Positions 26,753-35,506 of a DNA stretch of 64,000 nucleotides are shown here, in pieces (position 1 is the stretch's first letter; every line of letters begins with the position of its first letter). The stretch comes from Candidatus Aenigmatarchaeota archaeon (GTDB lineage Archaea > Thermoplasmatota > Thermoplasmata > Halarchaeoplasmatales > Halarchaeoplasmataceae): contig JBKHKA010000006.1 in the NCBI GenBank assembly GCA_046537845.1, positions 1,486-65,485 of the forward strand, given 5' to 3'. A model generated the notes under the pieces. The model was not told the origin of the DNA. It saw only the letters and a program-made list of their open reading frames with translations, and did not search any database. Made by a program: the position numbers and the translations under genes.

Positions 26753-28114
26753 CTACCTTATCTTTTCCAGCAGCTTTCGAAGCTTTTCTTGATGTTCCGA
26801 GACAATATTTTCCGCTTTCTCTTCGTCTTCAGCTTCACAGTAAACTCGATACTTCGGTTCGGTGCCAGAAGGCCGTATCAGTATCCATCCATCATCGTAG
26901 TATATCTTCAAACCGTCAGTATCATCATAATCTTCATCTTGGAACTCCTTTTTCAGTTCTTCCAAAAGAGGTCCTTTCAACCTGTCGGGACACTCGACAC
27001 CTCTTTTCTTCAGAACGTACTTTGGGAGTTCATCTATCAGAGATGACAATTTTCCTTCTGTGGAGACCATCTCGACGATCTGGGCCGCTGTCATAGCGCC
27101 GTCCCTGCAGAACTGGTGTTCAGCGAATATAAGACCTCCGTTCTCCTCACCACCGAATATAGCGCTCTCTTCTTTCATCTTTTGAGCCACGATAGGAGAC
27201 CCGACGGCGGTGTAGATCAATTTCCCGCCGTTTTTTACCACCACATCTTTAACGCTACTGGAGGATGAAACAGGGGTCACCACGGTCCCGCCTTCATTTT
27301 CTTCCACCAGCTTTTTGGCTACGAGTGTCAATATCCTATCCCCATGGATATAGTTCCCCTCCTCGTCTATGAATATCGTCCTGTCCGCGTCACCGTCATG
27401 GGCTATACCCAGGTCAGCATCAGTTTCTCTAGTCAGTTCTATAAGGTCTTGAAGATTCTCCTTTATCGGTTCGCTGTTGTGGCCTGGAAAAGAACCGTCC
27501 GGCTGAGCGTTAAGGGTTATAACGTGGCAACCCAGTTCTTTCAGCAGGTAGGGGGTGGAATAACAGCCAGCACCGTTAGCGCAGTCGAGGACGACTTTCG
27601 GTTTGGCCTCTTCTATCGCCTTCTCATCCATCTTTTCCTTTACGGCTTCTTTGTACATCTTCAGAGGATCGTCCGATCTCTTTCGTCCCACTTCACTCCA
27701 CTCTACAAGCTCGAAATCCTCTGAGAGATATATGTCTTCTATCTCCTCTTCCATCCATCTCACGAGTTCTGCCCCGTCCTCGTTTATACATTTGATACCG
27801 TTGAATTCTGGAGGATTGTGTGATGCGGTTATCGCCACCGCCAAGTCAATATTTCCACTACGTTTTGTATAAAATTGGATGGCGGGGGTGGGAGCCTCCC
27901 CTAGATCCATAACATCACATCCAGCGGCCATAAGGCCCGAAGCCACTGCGTTCTTCAACATCTGATTGGATATCCTCGGATCGGTCCCTATAGCCACTTC
28001 GTTGTCCTTACCCACCCAGGTTCCGATGGCTTTGCCCAGACGTAGAGCTAGATCAGTATTCATATCTTCGTTGACAACGCCTCTGACTCCGTTGGTACCG
28101 AAGAGCTCAGTCAT
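26753..28114 (-). CDS. glmM: phosphoglucosamine/phosphohexose mutase
   Basis: FGTNGVRG is followed by the active-site loop TASHNPPEFNGIK and the metal site GIAHDGDADR. Confidence 0.85.
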   Translation of the reverse strand: MTELFGTNGVRGVVNEDMNTDLALRLGKAIGTWVGKDNEVAIGTDPRISNQMLKNAVASGLMAAGCDVMDLGEAPTPAIQFYTKRSGNIDLAVAITASHNPPEFNGIKCINEDGAELVRWMEEEIEDIYLSEDFELVEWSEVGRKRSDDPLKMYKEAVKEKMDEKAIEEAKPKVVLDCANGAGCYSTPYLLKELGCHVITLNAQPDGSFPGHNSEPIKENLQDLIELTRETDADLGIAHDGDADRTIFIDEEGNYIHGDRILTLVAKKLVEENEGGTVVTPVSSSSSVKDVVVKNGGKLIYTAVGSPIVAQKMKEESAIFGGEENGGLIFAEHQFCRDGAMTAAQIVEMVSTEGKLSSLIDELPKYVLKKRGVECPDRLKGPLLEELKKEFQDEDYDDTDGLKIYYDDGWILIRPSGTEPKYRVYCEAEDEEKAENIVSEHQEKLRKLLEKIR

Positions 28115-29093
28115 CGTATCCCTCCTCGGGTTTCAACTTTTCACCGGTGACCTTTCGACCGCTTTCCAAGTAAAGTTCATCCGAGATTATGGAATCCTCG
28201 ACGGTGACGTTCTCTTCCACGATGACGTCATACCCCAATATGCTGTTCTTCACTACGGATCCAGGGGCTATCTCAACACCGTCGAATATGATAGAATTAG
28301 AGACTTCGCAGTCTTCCAAAGTACAGTCCTCTCCCACGGTCACGTAGTCGCCCAGTTCTGTATCTACGAGACTCTTTTCTCCGACGAGATGTTTTTTCCC
28401 TTGAACGTCTAGCAGGGTTCGATGTGCTCTAAAAAGACTGGACGGCCTTCCACAATCTATCCAGTAGCCTTTGAACCGGTAGACGTAAAGACCGTCATCC
28501 AGCAATTTGGGGAATATCTCGTCCTCCATGGAGACTTTCTGTTCCGGGGGGATCCTATCTAAAACCTCCGACTCCAGTATGTAGTGCCCCGCGTTCACCA
28601 GGTCGGAGAAAGCTTCTTCAGGGTCTGGTTTTTCCTGAAATCGTTTTATCCTGCCATCTTCATCGGTCTCCATTATACCGAATTCGGATGGATCATCCAC
28701 TCTCCAGGCAGAGATGGAACCGACTCCTTCCCTAGCTCGGAAAAAGTCCAGGTACTCTTTAAGATCGATACTGGAGACTATATCGGAGTTTATGACGAAA
28801 AAGGTATCATCGAGATATTCTTCAACATTCTTGACGGCACCCCCAGTCCCTCTCGGTTCCGGTTCGTCTACTACCTTCACTTCTTTTTCCATCTCCGCCT
28901 GGTCGAAGAACTCTCTCAGCATATCGATCTTATAGTTCGCTGCAAGGATCACCTCTTCAACTTCTTCCGGCAGAGAGTCGATCACGTGCATTATCAACGG
29001 TTTATTCAGCAGTGGCAGCAGCGGCTTTGGCGTGGTATATGTCAATGGGCGCATCCTTGTTCCGAATCCACCCGATAGTATTACAGCTTTCAT
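28107..29093 (-). CDS. sugar-1-phosphate nucleotidyltransferase with C-terminal left-handed beta-helix (GlmU-like)
   Basis: It starts MKAVILSGGFGTRMRPLTYTTPKPLLPLLNKP and has hexapeptide-repeat-like sequence at the C-terminus. It overlaps glmM by 8 nt. Confidence 0.85.
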   Translation of the reverse strand: MKAVILSGGFGTRMRPLTYTTPKPLLPLLNKPLIMHVIDSLPEEVEEVILAANYKIDMLREFFDQAEMEKEVKVVDEPEPRGTGGAVKNVEEYLDDTFFVINSDIVSSIDLKEYLDFFRAREGVGSISAWRVDDPSEFGIMETDEDGRIKRFQEKPDPEEAFSDLVNAGHYILESEVLDRIPPEQKVSMEDEIFPKLLDDGLYVYRFKGYWIDCGRPSSLFRAHRTLLDVQGKKHLVGEKSLVDTELGDYVTVGEDCTLEDCEVSNSIIFDGVEIAPGSVVKNSILGYDVIVEENVTVEDSIISDELYLESGRKVTGEKLKPEEGYDD

Positions 29094-29158
29094 GGTCGAA
29101 AATCATCGGAAAAGCACTAATAAAGATTACGCTCTTCTCTATCCGCTGTAGCCATATA

Positions 29159-29761
29159 TTACATGAATTTTTTTGTCCGCTCGTATCCTTTTTCGAAGGC
29201 CTTTATGTTCATATCTACGAATCTTTCTGGTACATTCTTCTCTATCGAAGCTTTCATCTCCTCCTCGCTCATGGGCAGTACGTCAGTAGCGGTGAGTGCC
29301 CCTATCATCACGATGTTCTGTGTGATCGCGGCTCCGGCTTCCTTGGCTAGTGTTCCCGCATTTAAAGTTATAAGTTTGTCTGACGCTTTTCCCAGCGAGG
29401 GGATTATCTCCTGCTCTATGTCCGGATACTCTTCGTCGCCCACAGAAACGGTGAACGGCACAATCGGTTCCGTGTTGGTCACGATCCAAGTTTTATCCGA
29501 TGCCTGCTCTATCGCTCTGTAGGTTTCTATAGGTTCAAAGCCTAATACTACGTCAGCTTCTCCTTTACCTATCAAAGGACTGTAAACTTTCTCGCCGATC
29601 TTGACGGTTGTGACCACTACACCGCCCCGCTGAGCCATGCCGTGGACTTCGCTCATGTACACATCTAAGCCCTTATCCAAAGCGGCACCGCCCACGACCT
29701 GAGAGGAAGTCAATATCCCCTGGCCGCCTACGCCGACTATCTCAAGGTTGACCCTTCTCAT
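29159..29761 (-). CDS. iorB: indolepyruvate:ferredoxin oxidoreductase subunit beta
   Basis: IVGVGGQGILTSSQVVGGAALDKGLDVYMSEVHGMAQRGG. It overlaps iorA by 4 nt. Confidence 0.9.
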   Translation of the reverse strand: MRRVNLEIVGVGGQGILTSSQVVGGAALDKGLDVYMSEVHGMAQRGGVVVTTVKIGEKVYSPLIGKGEADVVLGFEPIETYRAIEQASDKTWIVTNTEPIVPFTVSVGDEEYPDIEQEIIPSLGKASDKLITLNAGTLAKEAGAAITQNIVMIGALTATDVLPMSEEEMKASIEKNVPERFVDMNIKAFEKGYERTKKFM

Positions 29762-31599
29762 CCTTCCCCCTCCTGTTTTATGGCGTCAAAGGGACACACT
29801 TGTGCACACTGCCCGCATCCAACACATAAAGTCTCGTTGATCATCACCTTATCACCTTCTCTGACCAAAGCGATACAACCTAACCTATCGGTACATATAT
29901 GACACTGCTTGCAATCGTCTTGGTCCACCTGGTAGGGCGTCCAATCAACTTCCCTCTGCTCTATCAAAGCGCAGGCATGTTTCGGAACCACCACCGATAT
30001 GCCGTCATGTTCGATAGCTCTTTCGAAGACATCTATCGTCTCTTCGATATTGTAAGGGTCAACGGTCTCCACGAACTCGACTCCCGCACCTCTAGCTAAT
30101 TCCTCTACAGAGATCATAGGTGCGGGGTCGCCCATGCCTGTTTTTCCAGTACCTGGGTGTGGCTGGTGGCCTGTCATCGCAGTGGTCCTGTTGTCCATTA
30201 TCACGTAAACGAAATCGTGTTGATTGTAGACTCCGCTGACAAGGCCTGGAAGTCCGGAATGGAAGAAGGTAGAATCACCTAGAAAAGCGAAAACCTGCTG
30301 ATCGGTGTTCTTCGAAAAGCCTCCAGCAGATCCCACGCTGGACCCCATACACAGCTCAAAATCAGCGGTGTTCAGGGGGTCTTGAACACCCAGCGTATAG
30401 CAGCCTATGTCGTTGGAAAAGACCGCTTCTCTATCTCCAAGAGCCTCTTTGACCGCATAATATGTAGCTCTATGGGGACAACCCGGGCAGAGTGAAGGAG
30501 GTCTTGAGGGTAAGTCGTAATCTTCAACATCTAAAGGTTCCTTTTTTTCTTCAAAGTCTATCAGTGAAGAGAGCGCATCCTTTATCCTGTTTGGATTGTA
30601 CTCGTAAACTCTAGAGAAGTGTCCAGTCTTTTTCCCATATATCTCGAGGTCCGGGTTCACGTCCTTGGCCAATGCGGTCACTTTCTCTTCAAGGAACGGC
30701 TCGAGTTCTTCGACCACCAGTAACCTTTCAGCATCTTCGATAAAGTCCTCGATCGAGGAAATGGGCAGGGGATTTGTCATGCCGATCTTCAATATAGATA
30801 TGGGTAGGTCGAATTCTTCTTTAGCCTCTCTGACATAGTTGAAACCCGCTCCCGACGAGATCACATGGATTTCAGGATCGTCTGCCTCTACAGGGTATGT
30901 GAACTCAGAACGCTCCGTGAATTCCTCCGCTTTTTCCATGCGCTCTAAAAGTATAGGGTGGTTCCTCACCGAGTTCTGAGGTACCGCTACGAACCTTCTA
31001 GGGTCCTTTTCGAAATGCCCCTTACCGTCTGCTTCCTTGATCTCATCAAAGGTCACGACCCCCCGGGCATGATTCACCCTTGTAGTGGTCCTGATCAGGA
31101 CGGGCAGTTCTAATTCTTCTGAAAGTTCAAAACCGTACTTGACCATCTCCTTCGCTTCTTGAGGGGTAGTAGGTTCAAGCATAGGGATGTTGCCCAGTTG
31201 AGAGTAAAATCGTGTATCCTGCTCGTTTTGACTGGAATGCATGGAAGGATCTCCTGCAGCTATTATCACCATCCCCGCTCTCACTCCAGGATACATCAAT
31301 GTCATGAGGGGGTCGCTAGCCACGTTGACTCCCACATGCTTCATCCAGACCATGGACCTTACTCCCGATGCTGCGGCTGCAGCTCCCGTTTCCATAGCTA
31401 CTTTTTCATTGGCGGAGTATTCGAAATGCATGCCGTAGTCTTTTGCGATCTTTTCAAAAGTGTTACCGATCTCAGAGGAGGGCGTACCTGGGTAAGTAGA
31501 ACCGTGTCCTATCCCCGCTTCTAAGGCGCCCCTCACTATCGCTTCATTGCCCAACAGCAGCATCTCTTTTCCCGGCTCGTCTTCTAAAAGTTCTTTCAT
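29758..31599 (-). CDS. iorA: indolepyruvate:ferredoxin oxidoreductase subunit alpha
   Basis: The 613-aa ORF has LLGNEAIVRGALEAGIGHGSTYPGTPSSEI, a TPP-binding region and a C-terminal 2x[4Fe-4S] motif (CKQCHIC...CVGCGQCAQVCP). Confidence 0.92.
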   Translation of the reverse strand: MKELLEDEPGKEMLLLGNEAIVRGALEAGIGHGSTYPGTPSSEIGNTFEKIAKDYGMHFEYSANEKVAMETGAAAAASGVRSMVWMKHVGVNVASDPLMTLMYPGVRAGMVIIAAGDPSMHSSQNEQDTRFYSQLGNIPMLEPTTPQEAKEMVKYGFELSEELELPVLIRTTTRVNHARGVVTFDEIKEADGKGHFEKDPRRFVAVPQNSVRNHPILLERMEKAEEFTERSEFTYPVEADDPEIHVISSGAGFNYVREAKEEFDLPISILKIGMTNPLPISSIEDFIEDAERLLVVEELEPFLEEKVTALAKDVNPDLEIYGKKTGHFSRVYEYNPNRIKDALSSLIDFEEKKEPLDVEDYDLPSRPPSLCPGCPHRATYYAVKEALGDREAVFSNDIGCYTLGVQDPLNTADFELCMGSSVGSAGGFSKNTDQQVFAFLGDSTFFHSGLPGLVSGVYNQHDFVYVIMDNRTTAMTGHQPHPGTGKTGMGDPAPMISVEELARGAGVEFVETVDPYNIEETIDVFERAIEHDGISVVVPKHACALIEQREVDWTPYQVDQDDCKQCHICTDRLGCIALVREGDKVMINETLCVGCGQCAQVCPFDAIKQEGEG

Positions 31600-31615
31600 C
31601 TGTCATCACCGCTCC

Positions 31616-32530
31616 TCATTCACCCAGTTCCTCTTTTGTGAATTTTTCTTTCTTGAGGAGTCTCTCCCACTTCCTGTCCACGTTCTTCTGTATCTTTTCG
31701 ACTTCCTTCTCTGGAAGGTGTCTGAACCTACCCTGTGTCTTCAGGTAATCTTTTACAGGTATCACATTATCTTCCTTCGGTTTCTTGTAGATGTTATAAA
31801 CCCCGTGCTCTATCTCATAGAGCGGGAAGACCTTAGATTTAAAAGCCAATTCGCCCAATTTCACCGAGGCACTGGGCTTAGCTCTCCACCCGGTCGGGCA
31901 GGGCGCATAGATATGTATAAATTTTGGACCCTCTATCTCTGCGGCCTTTCTAAATTTCTCTATGAACAGATCGGGATATGCTATATTCACCGTTGCCGCG
32001 TAGGGTATATTATGGCTCTCCATTATCTCCATCATATCCTTCTTAGGCTGTTTTTTCCATGCCTTTTCACTACCTACTGGTGTCGTGGTGGTCCACGCAC
32101 CTTCTGGAGTGGCTCCGCTGCGCTGGATACCGGTATTCATGTAAGCCTCGTTATCGTACATCACCTGGATGGTGTCGGTGCCTCTTTCAACCGCACCGGA
32201 TAACGCCTGTATCCCTATGTCGGCGGTACCTCCGTCGCCGGCGAAACCAACGACTTTGACTTCTGCATCCTCGATGTCCTTTGCCCTTAGCGCAGCTCTT
32301 ATACCGGACGAAGAAGCTCCAGTGGTTTCAAATGCATTATAAAGAAGCGGCACTTCGAGGTTGCGGGAAGGGTAAACTCCTGGGATGACCGCCCAACAGC
32401 ACGCGGGTATGTTGACAGTTGTGTTCTTACCCAATGCTTTGAGCATGTACCGCATCGCATGAGCGGCTCCACAGCCCGGACAAGCGTTGTGACCAGAATT
32501 CATCAATTCCTCTTCAGGTATATCAGCCAT
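31616..32530 (-). CDS. porB: 2-oxoacid (pyruvate-type):ferredoxin oxidoreductase subunit beta
   Basis: HNACPGCGAAHAMRY and the TPP motif GFAGDGGTADIG. The ATG at 32530 is preceded by GGAGGCGATAATC. The ATG at 32545 is an alternative. Confidence 0.9.
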   Translation of the reverse strand: MADIPEEELMNSGHNACPGCGAAHAMRYMLKALGKNTTVNIPACCWAVIPGVYPSRNLEVPLLYNAFETTGASSSGIRAALRAKDIEDAEVKVVGFAGDGGTADIGIQALSGAVERGTDTIQVMYDNEAYMNTGIQRSGATPEGAWTTTTPVGSEKAWKKQPKKDMMEIMESHNIPYAATVNIAYPDLFIEKFRKAAEIEGPKFIHIYAPCPTGWRAKPSASVKLGELAFKSKVFPLYEIEHGVYNIYKKPKEDNVIPVKDYLKTQGRFRHLPEKEVEKIQKNVDRKWERLLKKEKFTKEELGE

Positions 32531-32532
32531 GA

Positions 32533-33726
32533 TTATCGCCTCCATTTTTTCCTATCACTTCTAAGGTCTACCCATTCGACCTCTTGATCTAACCCTTCAT
32601 CTTGAAGTTTGATCGAATCCAGCATGATCTTTTTCAGTATATCGGGTATCAAGTCACGACCGCCAAGACCGACTATGTAGTTCTTGACTATCGGCGAGTT
32701 GTGGCCGTAAAGGGCCTCCTTTATCTCACGTGCCGCATCACCTGCACGACCAAAAGAATAACTCCGGTCCAGTATTCCTACCACGTTGACGTCCTTCATC
32801 AGCTCTCTTATCTCTTCTTTGGGGAACGGACGGAAAGTCCTCAAGCGGGCAAGCCCGATATTGTAACCGTCGTCTCTCAACTCATCGATGACGTCTTTTG
32901 AAGTACCAGAGATGGACCCCATGGTTATCATCAGAACATCCACTCCATCCGTCTTGTACTCCTCTATCAAGCCGCCAGGGTCTCTGCCAAAGGTCTCCTC
33001 GAACTCTTCATTGACCTCTTTAACCTTATCTTTCGCATCGTTCATAGCTATCTCCAGTTTTTTGGCAAAATCCATATACCAATCCGGCATGACCAGTGAT
33101 CCGAATCCTTTTGGATCCTCGATGTCCAATTTGTGTTCAGGGTCATAAGGGGGTAAGAACTCATCGACCTTCTCCTGATCGTATATCTCTACAGGTTCTC
33201 GAGTATGGCTCAAGATGAAAGCGTCCTCGACGATCATACCGGGTAGCATGATGTCTTCATCCTCACATATCTTGTAAGCCATCAAGATGCTGTCAAGGAC
33301 CTCCTGGTTATTTTCACAGAAGAACTGGAGCCATCCTGTGCCTTTCTGTGCAACGGTGTCTAGATGGTCTGCCCACACACTCCACGGTGGGCCCATGGCT
33401 CTGTTCACATTGGTCATCACCACCGGTAAACGGGCTCGAGCGGCCCACATCAACATCTCGTGCATCAATGCCAATCCATGAGCTGAAGTGGCGGTATAGG
33501 TTCTAGCTCCTGTATTTGAAGCGGCTATACAGGAAGCCATGGCGGAATGCTCACTTTCCACTTTCACATATTCGCCTTCCATCTTGCCCTGTGAAACGAA
33601 CTCGGCTATCTTTTCAACCACCGAAGTCTGAGGAGTTATGGGATAAGCCGAAACGACCTCGGCCTTTGCCAATCTAGCTCCGTAAGCCGAAGCATAATTT
33701 CCAGTGACTATCTTATATTCAGACAT
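32533..33726 (-). CDS. porA: 2-oxoacid (pyruvate-type):ferredoxin oxidoreductase subunit alpha
   Basis: TGNYASAYGARLAKAEVVSAYPITPQT. The ATG at 33726 is preceded by AAGGAGGAAAAAT. Confidence 0.9.
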   Translation of the reverse strand: MSEYKIVTGNYASAYGARLAKAEVVSAYPITPQTSVVEKIAEFVSQGKMEGEYVKVESEHSAMASCIAASNTGARTYTATSAHGLALMHEMLMWAARARLPVVMTNVNRAMGPPWSVWADHLDTVAQKGTGWLQFFCENNQEVLDSILMAYKICEDEDIMLPGMIVEDAFILSHTREPVEIYDQEKVDEFLPPYDPEHKLDIEDPKGFGSLVMPDWYMDFAKKLEIAMNDAKDKVKEVNEEFEETFGRDPGGLIEEYKTDGVDVLMITMGSISGTSKDVIDELRDDGYNIGLARLRTFRPFPKEEIRELMKDVNVVGILDRSYSFGRAGDAAREIKEALYGHNSPIVKNYIVGLGGRDLIPDILKKIMLDSIKLQDEGLDQEVEWVDLRSDRKKWRR

Positions 33727-34633
33727 ATTTTTCCTCCTTTTCCATAACAATAGCGTCTACGGGACATCTTTCTGCACATATTCCACACCCTTTACAGAAA
33801 TCGAAATCCACCACTGCGCCTTCATCTTCAACAAAGATCGCAACATCTGGACAGAATTTCCAGCATAAACCGCACTTTATACAGGTATCCGTATCTACGA
33901 TAGGCCTAACGGTCCTCCAGCTCCCCGTTTTATTCAGATATTCCGAATTGCAGTCCGCTATCGGGGTCGGTGGAAGATCGTTGTGATCCTTTGGATCTCT
34001 GCAGAGGAGGTCTTCTGACTTGGGGATATCCATCTGCTCAGAGGTGACGGTTTTATCTGGAGCCTCGAGTTCCTTACCGGGATATGGGCCTTTTATCTCA
34101 TCGTAAGCCTGTTTCGCGGCTTCTGCATTAGCCTCGTTTTTGGCGGGAGCATGCTGTAATATCACGTCGATCAATGACTCTTTTTTGACCATCCCAGTAG
34201 CGCTGCTGACCGCCCCGAGGATAGCTGTGTTCACTATTGGGGCCACTTCTGTACCCAATCCATGCTGGACCGCTATATCGCTTGCATCTACAGTGTAAAC
34301 GTCCGCTTCAGTATCCACTTTCATCTCGCTCGGGTCTTTTCCAGTATTTATTATTATATGTCCATCGTCTTTAAGACCCTCAGTAACGTCCACCGCGTCC
34401 ATGAGTGCGGTATCCAAAACGATCACCACCTCCGGAGTATGGATCTTGGAGTGATCCCGCACTGTTTTCTCGTCTATCCTTGTGAAGGCGGTCACGGGTG
34501 CGCCCCTTCGTTCGACTCCGAACATCGGAAAAGCCTGTACATCCTTTCCCTCTTCAAAGGCGGCCCGGGCTAGGAGTTCAGAAGCTACCACTGAGCCCTG
34601 TCCACCTCTTCCGTGGAAGCGTACTTCAATCAT
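33719..34633 (-). CDS. 2-oxoacid:ferredoxin oxidoreductase gamma-delta fusion
   Basis: The N-terminal half is the gamma subunit (MIEVRFHGRGGQGSVVASELLARAAF). The C-terminal ~90 aa is the delta ferredoxin subunit (NKTGSWRTVRPIVDTDTCIKCGLCWKFCP...CKGCGICAERCP). I chose the start at ATG 34633. The track start at 34759 reads through the promoter. Confidence 0.85.
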   Translation of the reverse strand: MIEVRFHGRGGQGSVVASELLARAAFEEGKDVQAFPMFGVERRGAPVTAFTRIDEKTVRDHSKIHTPEVVIVLDTALMDAVDVTEGLKDDGHIIINTGKDPSEMKVDTEADVYTVDASDIAVQHGLGTEVAPIVNTAILGAVSSATGMVKKESLIDVILQHAPAKNEANAEAAKQAYDEIKGPYPGKELEAPDKTVTSEQMDIPKSEDLLCRDPKDHNDLPPTPIADCNSEYLNKTGSWRTVRPIVDTDTCIKCGLCWKFCPDVAIFVEDEGAVVDFDFCKGCGICAERCPVDAIVMEKEEKYV

Positions 34634-34662
34634 TTTTAAAAGCACCACTACGGTATTAGAGA

Positions 34663-34673
34663 GTGATATAAAG
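34663..34673 (-). promoter_or_regulatory. candidate TATA box of the por operon
   Basis: The minus strand reads AAAAGGTCTTTATATCAC roughly 30-40 nt upstream of ATG 34633, which implies a very short leader. This rests on sequence pattern only. Confidence 0.35.
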
Positions 34674-34781
34674 ACCTTTTTGTGAGCTTGGGCTGCAACA
34701 GCCAGCAGAGCAAAAGGATTAAATAAATATACTTCTTCTTCCAACTCACCCTCGGCCATTCAGTCGCTATCGCTCCTTCAT

Positions 34782-34875
34782 GGGCCGGTGGTCTAGGGGT
34801 TATGACGTCGCCCTTACATCCACTGAAATGTGGTAAGAAAGGCGAAGATCGGCGGTTCAAATCCGCCTCGGCCCA
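34782..34875 (+). tRNA. tRNA-Val(UAC) with a 21-nt intron (34819..34839) at the canonical 37/38 position
   Basis: A cloverleaf can be drawn by hand: acceptor GGGCCGG/TCGGCCC, T arm GGCGG-TTCAAAT-CCGCC, anticodon stem TCGCC/GGCGA, loop CTTACA|..|A. The intron forms a bulge-helix-bulge: CUUA/UAAG central helix, CA|U and AA|A bulges, CCAC/GUGG inner helix. No CCA is encoded. Confidence 0.85.
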
Positions 34876-34972
34876 TCCTCTTCTTTATACTTGTTTTTAT
34901 AAATCTATTCGAGACGGGCAAAAATATTATATGCTAGTAATTGTATATATAGTACGGGATTAGGTGATATAG

Positions 34973-35347
34973 ATGGCAAAAAAGACTTTGACGAAGAAGG
35001 AAAGAAAATTGATCGAAAGACTGATAGAAGCGGGCCTTAGCAAAAACGTGGCAAAAACACTCGTCTATGTCGGAGGTAAAGACGAAACCAAGAGCAGAGA
35101 GATCGAAGAGGCTACCTCGCTGAGACAGCCGGAGGTTTCTATCGCTATGCAGGAACTCCGGGAGCGAGGATGGGTAACGAAAAGAGATATCAAGAAAGAG
35201 GGAAAAGGCAGACCAGTCCATGCATACTCTCTCGATAAGCCCATGAAAAAGATCATCGAGGAGATAGAGGAAGAACAGATAGAGCGTATCGAGGAGATAG
35301 AAGAAAACACACAGATGATCAAAAAACTAGCGGGTTCAGCCTTTTGA
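34973..35347 (+). CDS. small winged-helix (ArsR/TrmB-like) transcriptional regulator
   Basis: SREIEEATSLRQPEVSIAMQELRERGWVTKRDIKKEGKGRPVHAYSL is a wHTH with a wing, followed by a C-terminal E-rich helix. Confidence 0.7.
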   Translation: MAKKTLTKKERKLIERLIEAGLSKNVAKTLVYVGGKDETKSREIEEATSLRQPEVSIAMQELRERGWVTKRDIKKEGKGRPVHAYSLDKPMKKIIEEIEEEQIERIEEIEENTQMIKKLAGSAF

Positions 35348-35506
35348 AGCTAAATCCTTTGTGAGACGTCGAAAGCGAGAGGAAAACTAGAAACTACGAT
35401 CATCCTTTGTATTAGAGTTGAATCTGTGCCAAGATTTTGATATCAAGAACTCCTTTTTCGAGAAAAACTTTATTTTCACCCGTGATTATCCCCCTCTGTG
35501 AAATAT

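Noticed and set aside
26504-27046. A 180-aa plus-strand ORF spanning the intergenic region between the membrane protein and glmM.
   Set aside because: It overlaps two minus-strand genes on the antisense strand. Its composition is hydrophobic and low-complexity with no motifs.
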